From Candidatus Adlerbacteria bacterium RIFCSPHIGHO2_12_FULL_53_18 (GTDB lineage Bacteria; Patescibacteriota; Minisyncoccia; Phycocordibacterales; SBAW01): DNA of 64,000 nucleotides. Of this stretch, positions 9,213 through 18,986 are shown in pieces; position 1 is the first letter of the stretch; every line of letters starts with the position of its first letter. The stretch is from assembly GCA_001775475.1 (NCBI GenBank), contig MEWW01000010.1, forward strand, positions 5,143 to 69,142, given 5' to 3'. The notes beneath the pieces were generated by a model. It ran no database searches. It had not been told where the DNA came from and was given only the letters and a program-made list of their open reading frames with translations. A program made the translations under genes and the position numbers.

Positions 9213-10070
9213 ATGCCGGCCGTTATACGACAACTGACAAGAAAAGAGTTTCCGGCTCTGCTGAAAGAGATTCCCGACTGCCCGCCGCAGCTTTTCATAC
9301 GAGGCGAGATGCCGCCGTCCGGCTTTGTGTATCTTTGTGTGGTCGGCTCGCGTGCCACGACCCCCTACGGGCGGCGCACCTGTGCTTCGCTTATAAGCGG
9401 CTTGGCGCGATTTCCTATTGCAATAATTTCCGGCATGGCGCTCGGTATTGATGCCGAGGCGCACAAAGCGGCACTTGATGTTGGGCTTCCTACCGTTGCC
9501 GTGCTGCCTTCCTCCTGCGACGAGGAGTCGCTGTATCCGCCGAGCAACAAAGCGCTTGCTCAGCGCATCTTAGCGCGCGGGGGCGCTTTGGTCAGTGAGC
9601 GGAAGAGCCCGTGGAAGGCGCATCCTCACGACTTTGCCGCGCGCAACCGGATTATGGCCGGGATGAGCAAGGTTATTCTTATTATCGAAGCGGGAGAAAA
9701 GTCGGGCACGCTTATTACCGCGCGGCTTGCGCTCGACTACAACCGCGAGGTCCTCTGTGTCCCACATGAGTTGGGCCGCGAGAGCGGCAAAGGAGCAAAC
9801 CAACTTATCCGCGAAGGGGCGACACTGGTGTGCAACTCCGCTGATGTCGCGGAAGCGCTTGGGTTTAAAGAAAAGCCGGAACAAGAAACGCTCCCCACCG
9901 ACCTAACGCCGCAGGAAGAAAAGATTCTACAGGCCTTAACCGGCTCCGCCCACAAAGACGACCTCCTGCTTGCCACTAAACTCTCAGCGCAAGAAGCAAA
10001 TATTGCCCTCTCTTCGCTCCTCATCCGCGGGCTTATTGTTGAACGGTTGGGTAAAGTGGAGCGCGTGTAG
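9213..10070 (+). CDS. dprA: DNA-processing protein DprA
   Basis: VVGSR.TPYG, ISGMALGIDAEAH, FAARNRIMAG, EAGEKSGTLITA. Confidence 0.95.
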   Translation: MPAVIRQLTRKEFPALLKEIPDCPPQLFIRGEMPPSGFVYLCVVGSRATTPYGRRTCASLISGLARFPIAIISGMALGIDAEAHKAALDVGLPTVAVLPSSCDEESLYPPSNKALAQRILARGGALVSERKSPWKAHPHDFAARNRIMAGMSKVILIIEAGEKSGTLITARLALDYNREVLCVPHELGRESGKGANQLIREGATLVCNSADVAEALGFKEKPEQETLPTDLTPQEEKILQALTGSAHKDDLLLATKLSAQEANIALSSLLIRGLIVERLGKVERV

Positions 10071-10140
10071 TGGACAATTGTTTATTCTGTGGTATCTTAT
10101 CTTTAGTAAGTATTAGCAATCATAGTCGAGGAGACGGAAA

Positions 10141-10677
10141 ATGATTGACGGAAAACGGGGCTCGCTCAATAGTGGCAACACGTGGTGGAAAAGCCTCAAG
10201 CCTATTGAGAAGATTGCGGTGGTAAAACCGCTTCTTGAGGATGGCCTTACGAGCGAACAAGCCAAAGTTCGTCTGCACTTGAGCAGCAAAAACATGATTG
10301 TGAACGTTCGCAATCAGATCATGAAGTTCTATCCGGAAGGAATGCCCGACCGGAAGAATGGCCCGCGGTCTTCTACACCTGCCTTGCCGCGCCCTTCAAG
10401 GCGCGGAGCACATGCACGGCAAATCAAGGAGCGTGTGAAAAGACGTAACGAGGATCTGGCACGGGCGAAGGTGCCGGAGCTGCAGGTGATCAAGAATCCG
10501 ACACCTCCGCCGAAGCGTCCCCGCACGCGCGAGGAGATTATCGACGCGAACATTCATGACATGCCTCCACCATCACGTGGCCCTTTTATTGACGATCCTA
10601 TAAATATAAAGGATCGTGCCTACGGCGCCGCTTTGAACTCCATCATCTACAAGCTCATCGACGCCGGTGTCGTATGA
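10141..10677 (+). CDS. Hypothetical protein, possible GcrA-like N-terminal HTH
   Basis: SD GAGGAG, own promoter and terminator (about 10687-10722); basic Pro-rich linker. Confidence 0.65.
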   Translation: MIDGKRGSLNSGNTWWKSLKPIEKIAVVKPLLEDGLTSEQAKVRLHLSSKNMIVNVRNQIMKFYPEGMPDRKNGPRSSTPALPRPSRRGAHARQIKERVKRRNEDLARAKVPELQVIKNPTPPPKRPRTREEIIDANIHDMPPPSRGPFIDDPINIKDRAYGAALNSIIYKLIDAGVV

Positions 10678-10775
10678 ATAGTCTGGGGCCCCGCACAGCG
10701 CGTGCGGGGCCCACTCTTTTTTAATGCTATGCTTTACACGGTATACACTTGTGGTGTATTACTTAGGACTCGCAG

Positions 10776-12998
10776 ATGAAACTAGTAATAGTAGAGTCGC
10801 CTGCAAAGGCGAAGACCATAGAGAAGTATCTCTCCGACATCGACAAGTCGGGGGATTTTGTTGTGCGCGCCTCGGTGGGCCACGTGCGCGACCTGCCGAA
10901 GAGCAACAAGAAAGCAATCGACATAGCCGGCGGCTTTGTCCCCCACTACGAGGTGGTAGCCGGCAAACTCGATGTTATCAATGACCTTAAAAAACTGGCT
11001 AAAAAAGCAGACGAGGTGATACTCGCCACCGATCCCGACCGAGAGGGCGAGGCCATTGCCTGGCACATTAAAGAAGAGCTGGGATTAAAGAAGCCGGAAC
11101 GTATTGTATTTAACGAGATTACACCGGAGGCTATTGCCGAGGCGCTTCAAAACCCGCGCAACATCGACGACAACTTGCGATATGCGCAGGAGGCACGCCG
11201 GGTCTTGGACCGCCTGGTGGGCTACGATCTCTCAGGCCTTATCTGGAAGAAGGTGCGCTACGGACTCTCCGCCGGCCGCGTGCAGTCGCCTGCCCTGCGT
11301 ATCTTGATGGAGCGCGAGCGCGAGATCCGCGCTTTCAAACCGGAAACCTTTTATGTCATTACGGCACAAACAGAAACGCCGAAGAAGGTAGACCTTACTC
11401 TTACCTGCGTAGAAGAGCCTCGCGACAAGAACGTTACCGACTCCATAATCGATGCCGTTAAAAAAGACGGTCTTACCGTGGCAGAGGTCACAGAGAGCGA
11501 GATGAAGCGCAGTCCCCGCCCGCCCTTTACTACCTCGACCCTCCAGCAGGCGGCATCAACGCGGCTTGGCTTCTCGCCCGCAAACACTATGCGCATTGCA
11601 CAAAAACTTTACGAGGCGGGGCATATTTCCTATATGCGCACCGACTCGGTAAACCTTTCCAAACAGGCGGTAGACAGCATTGCAAAAATCGTAGAGAAAA
11701 AGTTTGGCAAAGAGTACGCACAGACCCGTATCTATACTGCCAAGTCTAAACACGCACAGGAGGCGCATGAGGCTATCCGCCCTTCGCATATAGAAAAGGA
11801 GAACGCGGGCAACACGCCTGAGCAGAAGAAACTCTACGAGCTTATCTGGCACCGCACTGCTGCCTCGCAAATGGCCGATGCCAAGCTCCTTAAGACAAAG
11901 ATAGTGGCAGAGACAAAGGATAAGAAAGTGCCTCAGTTTGCCGCCAACGGCTCTCAAGTCGTGTTTGACGGCTGGCTTAAAGGCGACCCGGCAGCGCGCG
12001 GCGAGGATGTCGAGCTGCCAAAAGTTACCAGCGGCGAAGAGCTTGATGTAAAGAGTGTTGAGGCAGAGGAAAAACAGACCACCCCGCCCCCGCGCTACAG
12101 CGAAGCGGGCCTGGTAAAGGAGCTTGAAAAGCGCGGCATTGGCCGCCCCTCGACCTACGCATCAATAATGAAGACGCTTGTTGACCGCGGCTACGTCACT
12201 AAAGAAGGCCGTACCCTTACCCCAACCGATACTGGCGACGTCGTCTCAAGCTTCCTTGAAGAGAACTTCCCTACGTACATCAGCGACACCTTTACTGCCG
12301 AGATGGAGGACGAGCTCGACGAGATTGCCGAGGGCAAGCGTGAGTATGCAAAAACACTGAAGGATTTCTACACCCCGTTTCTCAAGGACGTAAAAATTAA
12401 AGATAAAGAAGCAGGCAAAATTACCGACATCGGCGAGGCACCGAAAGAGTTCCCCTGCCCTGAGTGCGGCTCACCAATGGTCTTTAAGCTCTCTAGAGGG
12501 GGCAAGTTTATGTCGTGCAATCGCTTCCCCGAGTGCACCGGCTCGCGCACCGAAACCGGCGAAATTATTTCAAACGAGCCGCCAAAGCCTATCGGCAACT
12601 GGCCAGAGACCGGCGAGTCTATCTACGTTTTGACCGGGCGCTTTGGCCCGTATGTGCAGGTTGGCGAGACACCAACCGGCAAAGGCTCGAAGTCTAAAAA
12701 TAAACCCCGCCGCGCATCCGTGCCAAAAGAAAAATTGCCGGAGGATGTAACGCTTAAAGATGCACTTCACTACCTTTCGCTTCCGCGTACGTTGGGCACT
12801 CACCCTGAAACGGGCGAATCAATCGTGGCAAACGTGGGTCGCTTTGGTCCGTATATTGCGCACAACACCAAGCCAAAACCCGATTTCCGTTCGCTTAAAA
12901 CCGATGATGTCTACTCGATCGACCTCCCCCGCGCACTCGAAATTTTGAAAGAGGAAAAGAAAAAACGCGGCTTCGCACGAAAAACTAAAAAGGAGTAG
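10776..12998 (+). CDS. topA: DNA topoisomerase I
   Basis: LVIVESPAKAKTI, ATDPDREGEAI, SAGRVQS, ISYMRTDS; zinc ribbon and GRFGPY repeats. Confidence 0.98.
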   Translation: MKLVIVESPAKAKTIEKYLSDIDKSGDFVVRASVGHVRDLPKSNKKAIDIAGGFVPHYEVVAGKLDVINDLKKLAKKADEVILATDPDREGEAIAWHIKEELGLKKPERIVFNEITPEAIAEALQNPRNIDDNLRYAQEARRVLDRLVGYDLSGLIWKKVRYGLSAGRVQSPALRILMEREREIRAFKPETFYVITAQTETPKKVDLTLTCVEEPRDKNVTDSIIDAVKKDGLTVAEVTESEMKRSPRPPFTTSTLQQAASTRLGFSPANTMRIAQKLYEAGHISYMRTDSVNLSKQAVDSIAKIVEKKFGKEYAQTRIYTAKSKHAQEAHEAIRPSHIEKENAGNTPEQKKLYELIWHRTAASQMADAKLLKTKIVAETKDKKVPQFAANGSQVVFDGWLKGDPAARGEDVELPKVTSGEELDVKSVEAEEKQTTPPPRYSEAGLVKELEKRGIGRPSTYASIMKTLVDRGYVTKEGRTLTPTDTGDVVSSFLEENFPTYISDTFTAEMEDELDEIAEGKREYAKTLKDFYTPFLKDVKIKDKEAGKITDIGEAPKEFPCPECGSPMVFKLSRGGKFMSCNRFPECTGSRTETGEIISNEPPKPIGNWPETGESIYVLTGRFGPYVQVGETPTGKGSKSKNKPRRASVPKEKLPEDVTLKDALHYLSLPRTLGTHPETGESIVANVGRFGPYIAHNTKPKPDFRSLKTDDVYSIDLPRALEILKEEKKKRGFARKTKKE

Positions 12999-13008
12999 AC
13001 TGAGGTCT

Positions 13009-14523
13009 ATGGTTACCGCCAAAGAGATAATCGAGGCGATGGGGGCGCCCAGCCAAGAAGACAAGGCGCTGGTGGAAAAGGCATACAATTTTGCATTAAA
13101 AGCCCACGAGGGGCAGAAGCGCTTTTCCGGCGAGCCTTACATGGTGCACCTGGGGCGCGTGGCGCGCAGCATCGCCGAGTTGGGCTTGGGTAGCAAAACA
13201 GTTGCAGCGGCGCTCCTACACGACACTATAGAGGATACCGAGGCAACAGCTGAGCAACTAGAAAAGGAATTTGGCAAAGAAATCTTATTTTTGGTTGAAG
13301 GTGTTACCAAGCTCGGCCACTTGAAGTATCACGGGGTCGAGCGCCACCGGGAGTCCCTACGCAAACTCCTGGTTGCCACGGGACAGGACGTCAGAGTGCT
13401 TATCATCAAGCTCATGGACCGGCTCCACAACATGCGCACGCTTGAACATGTCCCTAAAGAAAAACAGCAGCGCATTGCACTCGAGACGTTAGAAATTTAT
13501 GCCGCTATCGCTCACCGGCTCGGCATGGGCGTCGTGCGCAAAGAGCTCGAGGACCTCGCCTTCCAGTATGCGTACCCTGAGGAGTACGAAAATGCCAAAC
13601 GCCTTTTGACCGAAAAAACGCAGGAGACTACAGCGCGGCTTGAGGGCATGCTGCGCGACCTCAAAAAAGAGCTTGCTAAGGACGGTTTTACCAAATTTGA
13701 GAGTGACTTCCGGGTTAAAGGCCTCTGGAGCCTCTGGCAAAAACTCAAACGCAAGGAAGGCGACATTAGCAAGGTCTACGACATCGCAGCAATACGTATC
13801 GTGGTTGACGACGTCGCTGACTGCTATCGAGTGCTTGGCATAGTTCACAACCTCTGGCAGCCCTTGGTCGGTAAAATAAAAGACTACATCGCCTTCCCTA
13901 AGCCCAACGGCTATCAGTCGCTGCATACCACCGTTTTCTCCGGCGACGGTGGCATTGTCGAAGTGCAGATCCGCACTAAGAGCATGCACCAGGAGGCGCT
14001 CTTTGGCATAGCGGCCCATGTCTCGTACAAGGAGCCGGGCGCAGCGGCAGGCAGAGGCTCGAGTTTCGACTGGATCAAGAGCTTAATTCCCGGTTTCTCA
14101 AGCAAAACTGTGCCACCACCCAAAGAGGCACCGGCGCACTACGGCTCCCAGGTCCCCGAGTGGCTGAGCGCCTTGAGTGAACACGAAACCGACGACCCCG
14201 ACTTTGATACAACGTTAAAGACAGATATTTTCTCTCACCGCGTGTTCGTCTTTACCCCCAAGGGCGACGTGGTTGATCTCCCGGTTAAAGCTTCGCCCGT
14301 CGACTTTGCCTATGCAATACACTCCGATCTCGGCAACCACGTGTTTGGCGTCAAGGTTAACGGCAAGATGGTGTCGCTCAACACTGTGCTCCACAACGGC
14401 GACATCGTGGAGATAGACACACGAAAGTCTGCACATCCAACCAAGAAATGGCTGGACTTCGCAAAAACGACGCTCGCCCGCCGGCATATCCGGAACGCAA
14501 TCGGTGAAGGCGTAAAAAACTAG
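13009..14523 (+). CDS. relA: RelA/SpoT (p)ppGpp synthetase/hydrolase with HD, synthetase and TGS domains, no ACT
   Basis: HEGQKRFSGEPY, LLHDTIEDT, KPNGYQSLHT, EVQIRT, DFAYAIHS. Confidence 0.93.
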   Translation: MVTAKEIIEAMGAPSQEDKALVEKAYNFALKAHEGQKRFSGEPYMVHLGRVARSIAELGLGSKTVAAALLHDTIEDTEATAEQLEKEFGKEILFLVEGVTKLGHLKYHGVERHRESLRKLLVATGQDVRVLIIKLMDRLHNMRTLEHVPKEKQQRIALETLEIYAAIAHRLGMGVVRKELEDLAFQYAYPEEYENAKRLLTEKTQETTARLEGMLRDLKKELAKDGFTKFESDFRVKGLWSLWQKLKRKEGDISKVYDIAAIRIVVDDVADCYRVLGIVHNLWQPLVGKIKDYIAFPKPNGYQSLHTTVFSGDGGIVEVQIRTKSMHQEALFGIAAHVSYKEPGAAAGRGSSFDWIKSLIPGFSSKTVPPPKEAPAHYGSQVPEWLSALSEHETDDPDFDTTLKTDIFSHRVFVFTPKGDVVDLPVKASPVDFAYAIHSDLGNHVFGVKVNGKMVSLNTVLHNGDIVEIDTRKSAHPTKKWLDFAKTTLARRHIRNAIGEGVKN

Positions 14524-15482
14524 ATAGAAAAACTGCTCGGGTTGAAGGTGTTTTCATCTATCGTCTTTTCCTCTGCCGGTCGGTCGTCAACGGGTGTGTC
14601 CGGAGCCGCTGTGTCCGAGGGCTTTTGTTCCTGAGATTCCGGCGAAGTTCCGGTAGCTCGCGCCTGCAGCGCCGCAAAGAGAGCGCGCAGGTCTTCTTCA
14701 GTCATGTAGTCAATCGAGAGCTTGCCGCCTTTGTCTTTAGGCTCAATCACGACGCGCGTGCCAAGAGCCGTTGCCAAGTCGCGCTCCATTTCCAGCACCT
14801 CCGGCGAAAAGAGATATTCCTTTTTGCGTACGCGGTCAACCGCAATCCGCCGCGCGATATTTTCCGAGTCGCGCACAGTGAGCTTCTTGAGCATGATTTC
14901 CTTAAAGAGTGTCTGCTGCTCGGCAGGGCGGTCAATAAGCATGAGGAGCGGCCGCGAGTGACCCTCCGAAATCTTGCCGTCTGTCAGAGCTTGCTGCATC
15001 TCTGGCGGCATCATAAGGAGCCGTACCGTATTGGCGACGTACTCGCGGCTCTTGCCTATCTTTTCTGCAATCTGCCCATGCTTAAAGCCGAACTCGTCGT
15101 GCAGCCGGTTAAAGGCCGTTGCGCGGTCCATGGGGTTGAGGTCCTCGCGCTGGAGGTTTTCGATAATAGCGAGCTCGAGCTTGGTTTTATCGTCGTCATC
15201 CACCTCGCGTATGAGGGTCGGCACGGTAGCAAGCCCCGCAATCTTTGCAGCGCGGAGCCGCCGCTCACCCGCCACGAGTTCATACTCGGTCGCGATGCCG
15301 CCATCGGGTTTTTGCACCTCCTGGCGGTTGACAGTTAAGGGTTGCAAAATACCGTACTGGCGTACCGAGCGCGCCAGGTCGTTAAGTTTATCTTCGTCGA
15401 ACTCTCGCCGTGGCTGAAAAGGGTTCGGTTTTATCTTGTCTACCTCAACCCAAAAAATAGCGTTGTTGTAAAACCCTGCCAT
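14520..15482 (-). CDS. parB: ParB/Spo0J partition protein
   Basis: PNPFQPRREF, GILQPL, VAGERRLRA, IENLQREDLNP. Confidence 0.95.
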   Translation of the reverse strand: MAGFYNNAIFWVEVDKIKPNPFQPRREFDEDKLNDLARSVRQYGILQPLTVNRQEVQKPDGGIATEYELVAGERRLRAAKIAGLATVPTLIREVDDDDKTKLELAIIENLQREDLNPMDRATAFNRLHDEFGFKHGQIAEKIGKSREYVANTVRLLMMPPEMQQALTDGKISEGHSRPLLMLIDRPAEQQTLFKEIMLKKLTVRDSENIARRIAVDRVRKKEYLFSPEVLEMERDLATALGTRVVIEPKDKGGKLSIDYMTEEDLRALFAALQARATGTSPESQEQKPSDTAAPDTPVDDRPAEEKTIDENTFNPSSFSI

Positions 15483-15506
15483 GTCGCCCCATTGTATCAA
15501 ACTTTG

Positions 15507-15587
15507 TGCCGGAGGTGGGACTCGAACCCACACCCCTTGCGGGACACGATTTTGAGTCGTGCGCGGCTGCCATTACGCCACTCCGGC
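15507..15587 (-). tRNA. tRNA-Leu(CAA)
   Basis: Anticodon arm CACGA-CTCAAAA-TCGTG; long variable arm. Confidence 0.95.
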
Positions 15588-15665
15588 TTGATAATTACTG
15601 TACCCTACCCTGCCCAAAATCTCTATGGTAGTGTGGCAAAGGCACGAACCTTGAGGAGAAAACCG

Positions 15666-16388
15666 ATGCCAAAAACCGGACTAATTTTCGCCTACGATTT
15701 CAGCACCTTCGACGACAAGGCCGCTTTGCTCAAGGAGATTGCATCGCATGTTGACCTCATCAAGGTCGGCCTGCAAGCAATAACGGCACTTGGCCCGGAG
15801 CACGTGAGTATTGCGTACACAGTCCAGAGCTTCACAGGGACAGTCCTGCAAAAAAAGGTGATGTGGGACGAGAAACTGCTCGACATCGGCAACACGATCG
15901 AAGGTGCAGCGAAGAACATTGCTCTGCTTTCAAGCGTGAGCCTCGCTACCCTACATGCCCAGATGAGCACCGCAGGGCTTCAAGCAGTTGTGCGAGCCTG
16001 GGAGGGTAAGATCACTCCTCTCGCGGTAACCGCCCTTACCGACCTCGACGACCAGGCGTGCTGGGACAGATTTCGTCGCGATGCCGCCCAGACCGTTATT
16101 GATTTCGCCAAGATCGCGTACAGCAACGGCATCCGCGGTTTTGTCTGCTCGCCTCACGAAGCACGAGAGATCCGCAACAGGTTCTCCGATGTTACTATCG
16201 TGACGCCGGCGATTCGCCCCCTGTGGGCAGTTGCCAAGGACGAGCAGAAGCGGGTCATGACACCGACCAAGGCTGTACAGGCAGGCGCCGACTATATTGT
16301 GGTTGGGCGGCCGATCTCAAAGCCACCCGAGGGCAAAACCTCCGAACACGCAGCACGCGAGATCCGTGAAGAACTCGAGGCGGCGTAA
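15666..16388 (+). CDS. pyrF: Orotidine-5'-phosphate decarboxylase
   Basis: IKVG, DEKLLDIGNT (DxKxxDIxxT), VTPAIRP, GADYIVVGRPI; SD GAGGAG. Confidence 0.92.
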   Translation: MPKTGLIFAYDFSTFDDKAALLKEIASHVDLIKVGLQAITALGPEHVSIAYTVQSFTGTVLQKKVMWDEKLLDIGNTIEGAAKNIALLSSVSLATLHAQMSTAGLQAVVRAWEGKITPLAVTALTDLDDQACWDRFRRDAAQTVIDFAKIAYSNGIRGFVCSPHEAREIRNRFSDVTIVTPAIRPLWAVAKDEQKRVMTPTKAVQAGADYIVVGRPISKPPEGKTSEHAAREIREELEAA

Positions 16389-16490
16389 TTGTCTCGAAAC
16401 GAACGTGCGCCGGCCACTTGTGGCCGGCGTTTCTCTTTTTGCTTAAAAATGGTAGGTTTTGTGCGGAACTGAACAAATGGAGACACGCTC

Positions 16491-17198
16491 ATGAAAGTTC
16501 CTTCAGGACGTATTTTCTACCAGCCCGATCTCAACATCATGCGGCTTGCCGCGCACGTTGGCTTCGTCAGATGGTACGACGAGGCTCGCACCCTTGCCTC
16601 AGGTCGCGAATCGCACATTTACGTTGAAGGTCGCCAGGACACGACTGAGAATCCGGCATTCCTCGACCTCGTGTGCAGGAAAATTCTTCAAGATACAAAC
16701 GCCATCATGGCGGAAGACGAGGACGATCGAAGGGCGCGATTCATCGGTATCCCCCATGTCGCCCATGGGTGGACGCCCGCGATCACCATGGTCGATTTTC
16801 ACTCCAAGATCACGCCTCACGGTGCCTGTCATGCAATCATGCGTTCCGAGCTCAAGGAACATGGCGGACGTAAGGGCAAGTGGGTTGCTGGCAGTCCTCA
16901 ACCAGGGAAGTATCGCGATTTTCTCTTCGACAACGTCGTGACCGACGCAGGAAGTAAGCAGACCGCTCTGAGCCATCTGATCGAAGATGGATGGCGGTCA
17001 GACCAGATCGACACGATGGTCTTCGTCGATCGTCAGCAAGGCGGACTGACAAATATGGAACAGTTGGGGTTCCGTCGGGTCCACGCATGCTACTTCCTGC
17101 TCGACATGACGTTTGCGTTTCGCGAACTCGGGCTCTGGCCAGCAGATGCGGTTGAGCGGGTCGAAGAAGAGATTGCTGCTCATCAACTCGCCAAGTAG
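16491..17198 (+). CDS. pyrE: Orotate phosphoribosyltransferase-like protein (divergent)
   Basis: TLASGRESHIYV, KEHG, PRPP loop FDNVVTDAGS, VFVDRQQGG; follows pyrF. Confidence 0.8.
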   Translation: MKVPSGRIFYQPDLNIMRLAAHVGFVRWYDEARTLASGRESHIYVEGRQDTTENPAFLDLVCRKILQDTNAIMAEDEDDRRARFIGIPHVAHGWTPAITMVDFHSKITPHGACHAIMRSELKEHGGRKGKWVAGSPQPGKYRDFLFDNVVTDAGSKQTALSHLIEDGWRSDQIDTMVFVDRQQGGLTNMEQLGFRRVHACYFLLDMTFAFRELGLWPADAVERVEEEIAAHQLAK

Positions 17199-17275
17199 CC
17201 TTTGTAATGCGCGTCCTCGCCCCCACCCAGGGCGAGGCGCTTTCTTTTTTTCACTATCCGCGCTACAAGTGTCTT

Positions 17276-18184
17276 GTGCCTACTCGTAAAATCATCGCCG
17301 TTGTGGGCCCCACCAGCTCGGGCAAAAGTGCCTTGGGCATTTACCTTGCGCAAAAGCTCGGCGGCGAGGTTATATCCGCCGACTCGCGGCAGGTGTACAA
17401 AGGGCTCGACATCGGCACCGGCAAAGTAACGAAGAAAGAAATGGCGGGTGTCCCTCACCACCTGCTTGATGTCGCATCGTCCAAGAAAGTCTTTACCGCC
17501 GATGATTTTGTAAAGAAAGCGGAGCGGGTAATAAATACTTCGATATATCGAAGTATTTTGCCTATTATAGTTGGCGGCACGGGGTTTTATGTAGACGCGC
17601 TGCTCGGAAGGCTCGTGATCCCGAATGTGCCTCCCAATCCTGCCCTGCGCGCCAGGTTAGAAAAAAAGAATATTGAAGAGCTTTATACTATGCTGAAGAA
17701 AAAAGACTTTGCGCGGGCAAAGACAATAGAACCTAAACACAAACGGCGTATTATACGAGCAATTGAAATTGCCACGGCGCTTGGGAAAAACCCCACGCCC
17801 GCTAAAAATGAGAAGTATGAGGTGCTCTGGCTCGGTCTCTCCCCCGCCCCTGCTAAACTAAAATCAAATATTCATAAGCGCCTTCTGGCACGGATGAAGC
17901 AAGGCATGATTGCCGAGGCAAAGCGGCTACACGCGCAAGGTCTCTCCTACAAGCGCATGGAAGAACTGGGCTTAGAGTATCGGGCGCTTGCGCGGCACCT
18001 CCAGGGTAAAACTACCCGGGCAGAAATGTTGGCCAAACTTGAGCGCGAAATAAATAAGTACGCCAAGCGGCAAATGCGCTGGTTTAAGCGCAACAAAGAT
18101 ATCCGCTGGGTCGGAGACAAAGCGGAGGCTCTAAAGCTGAGCGAGGCATTTTTACAGGGTCGCATTCGTAGAGTATCTTTATAA
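17276..18184 (+). CDS. miaA: tRNA dimethylallyltransferase
   Basis: GPTSSGKS, ISADSRQVY, DIGTGK, VGGTGFY, YAKRQMRW; GTG start assumed. Confidence 0.96.
   Translation: MPTRKIIAVVGPTSSGKSALGIYLAQKLGGEVISADSRQVYKGLDIGTGKVTKKEMAGVPHHLLDVASSKKVFTADDFVKKAERVINTSIYRSILPIIVGGTGFYVDALLGRLVIPNVPPNPALRARLEKKNIEELYTMLKKKDFARAKTIEPKHKRRIIRAIEIATALGKNPTPAKNEKYEVLWLGLSPAPAKLKSNIHKRLLARMKQGMIAEAKRLHAQGLSYKRMEELGLEYRALARHLQGKTTRAEMLAKLEREINKYAKRQMRWFKRNKDIRWVGDKAEALKLSEAFLQGRIRRVSL
17533..17558. repeat. Perfect 26-bp palindrome within miaA
   Basis: AAATACTTCGATATATCGAAGTATTT. Confidence 0.85.
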
Positions 18185-18185
18185 A

Positions 18186-18731
18186 GTGATAGTCTTTGTT
18201 TTTCTTGCACTTGGTTATACAACAGTAATAGTGCTTGGTTTGCTTTGGTTTTATGACACATTTTGGGGCGGAGAAGACTTTGCAACGTCAGAACATGCCA
18301 TTCAAAAGATCAGCGAGATAGTTTCTGCCAAAAAGTCAGATGGACTTTTGTACGACCTTGGAAGTAGTCGTGGACATGTTGTATTCAGTCTGCTGAAAAG
18401 AGTCCCTAACTTACAGACTGTTGGAATAGACAATAGTTACTTAAGAGTTTGGAGTGCAAGATTATTGAGCTTCTTTTATGACGGTAATCCCATATTTAAA
18501 AAAGGAGATTTCTTTAATACAGATATCTCTCGAGCCGACTTTGTATATCTCTATGTTCCAAGAGAACTGCTCCCTACCCTGGCACTAAAGCTGAAAAAAG
18601 AACTTAAACCTGGAGCACAAATAATTACATACCGTATTACATTTTCTGACTGGAAACCTGAGCAAGTCTTTTTAGTAGATTCTAAAGATCCTGAAAAAGA
18701 AAACGTATACGTCTATTCGAGCGGGCGATGA
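18186..18731 (+). CDS. Class I SAM-dependent methyltransferase with N-terminal TM
   Basis: YDLGSSRG motif I, GDFF, ADFVYLY, ELKPGA; AT-rich; stop overlaps tRNA-Trp. Confidence 0.85.
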   Translation: MIVFVFLALGYTTVIVLGLLWFYDTFWGGEDFATSEHAIQKISEIVSAKKSDGLLYDLGSSRGHVVFSLLKRVPNLQTVGIDNSYLRVWSARLLSFFYDGNPIFKKGDFFNTDISRADFVYLYVPRELLPTLALKLKKELKPGAQIITYRITFSDWKPEQVFLVDSKDPEKENVYVYSSGR

Positions 18732-18792
18732 GGGAATCGAACCCCCAATAGTGGTTTTGGAGACCACTGTTATACCATTTAACTAATCGCCC
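18722..18792 (-). tRNA. tRNA-Trp(CCA)
   Basis: Anticodon arm GTGGT-CTCCAAA-ACCAC. Confidence 0.95.
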
Positions 18793-18809
18793 TGTGGCGA
18801 CAGTGTATC

Positions 18810-18965
18810 TTATTTTTTCGCTTCTTTAAAGACGACGTGCTTGCGGAGCTTTTTGCTGTACTTTTTGAGCTCAATCTTGCGCGTAACAAGCTTCTTGTTT
18901 TTGGTAGTCCAATATACCTCGCCCGTCGGCGCATGCTTTAAAATGATGAGGCTATCCTGCGACAT
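18810..18965 (-). CDS. rpmG: 50S ribosomal protein L33 (Cys-free form)
   Basis: MSQDSLIILKHAPTGEVYWTTKNKKLVTRKIELKKYSKKLRKHVVFKEAKK. Confidence 0.93.
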   Translation of the reverse strand: MSQDSLIILKHAPTGEVYWTTKNKKLVTRKIELKKYSKKLRKHVVFKEAKK

Positions 18966-18986
18966 AGGGTTAAAACTATATACCAC

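Noticed and set aside
18186-18792. AT-rich methyltransferase ending inside tRNA-Trp as an integrated island
   Set aside because: No att-like duplication of the tRNA end and no integrase found. It is only a 10-bp convergent overlap.
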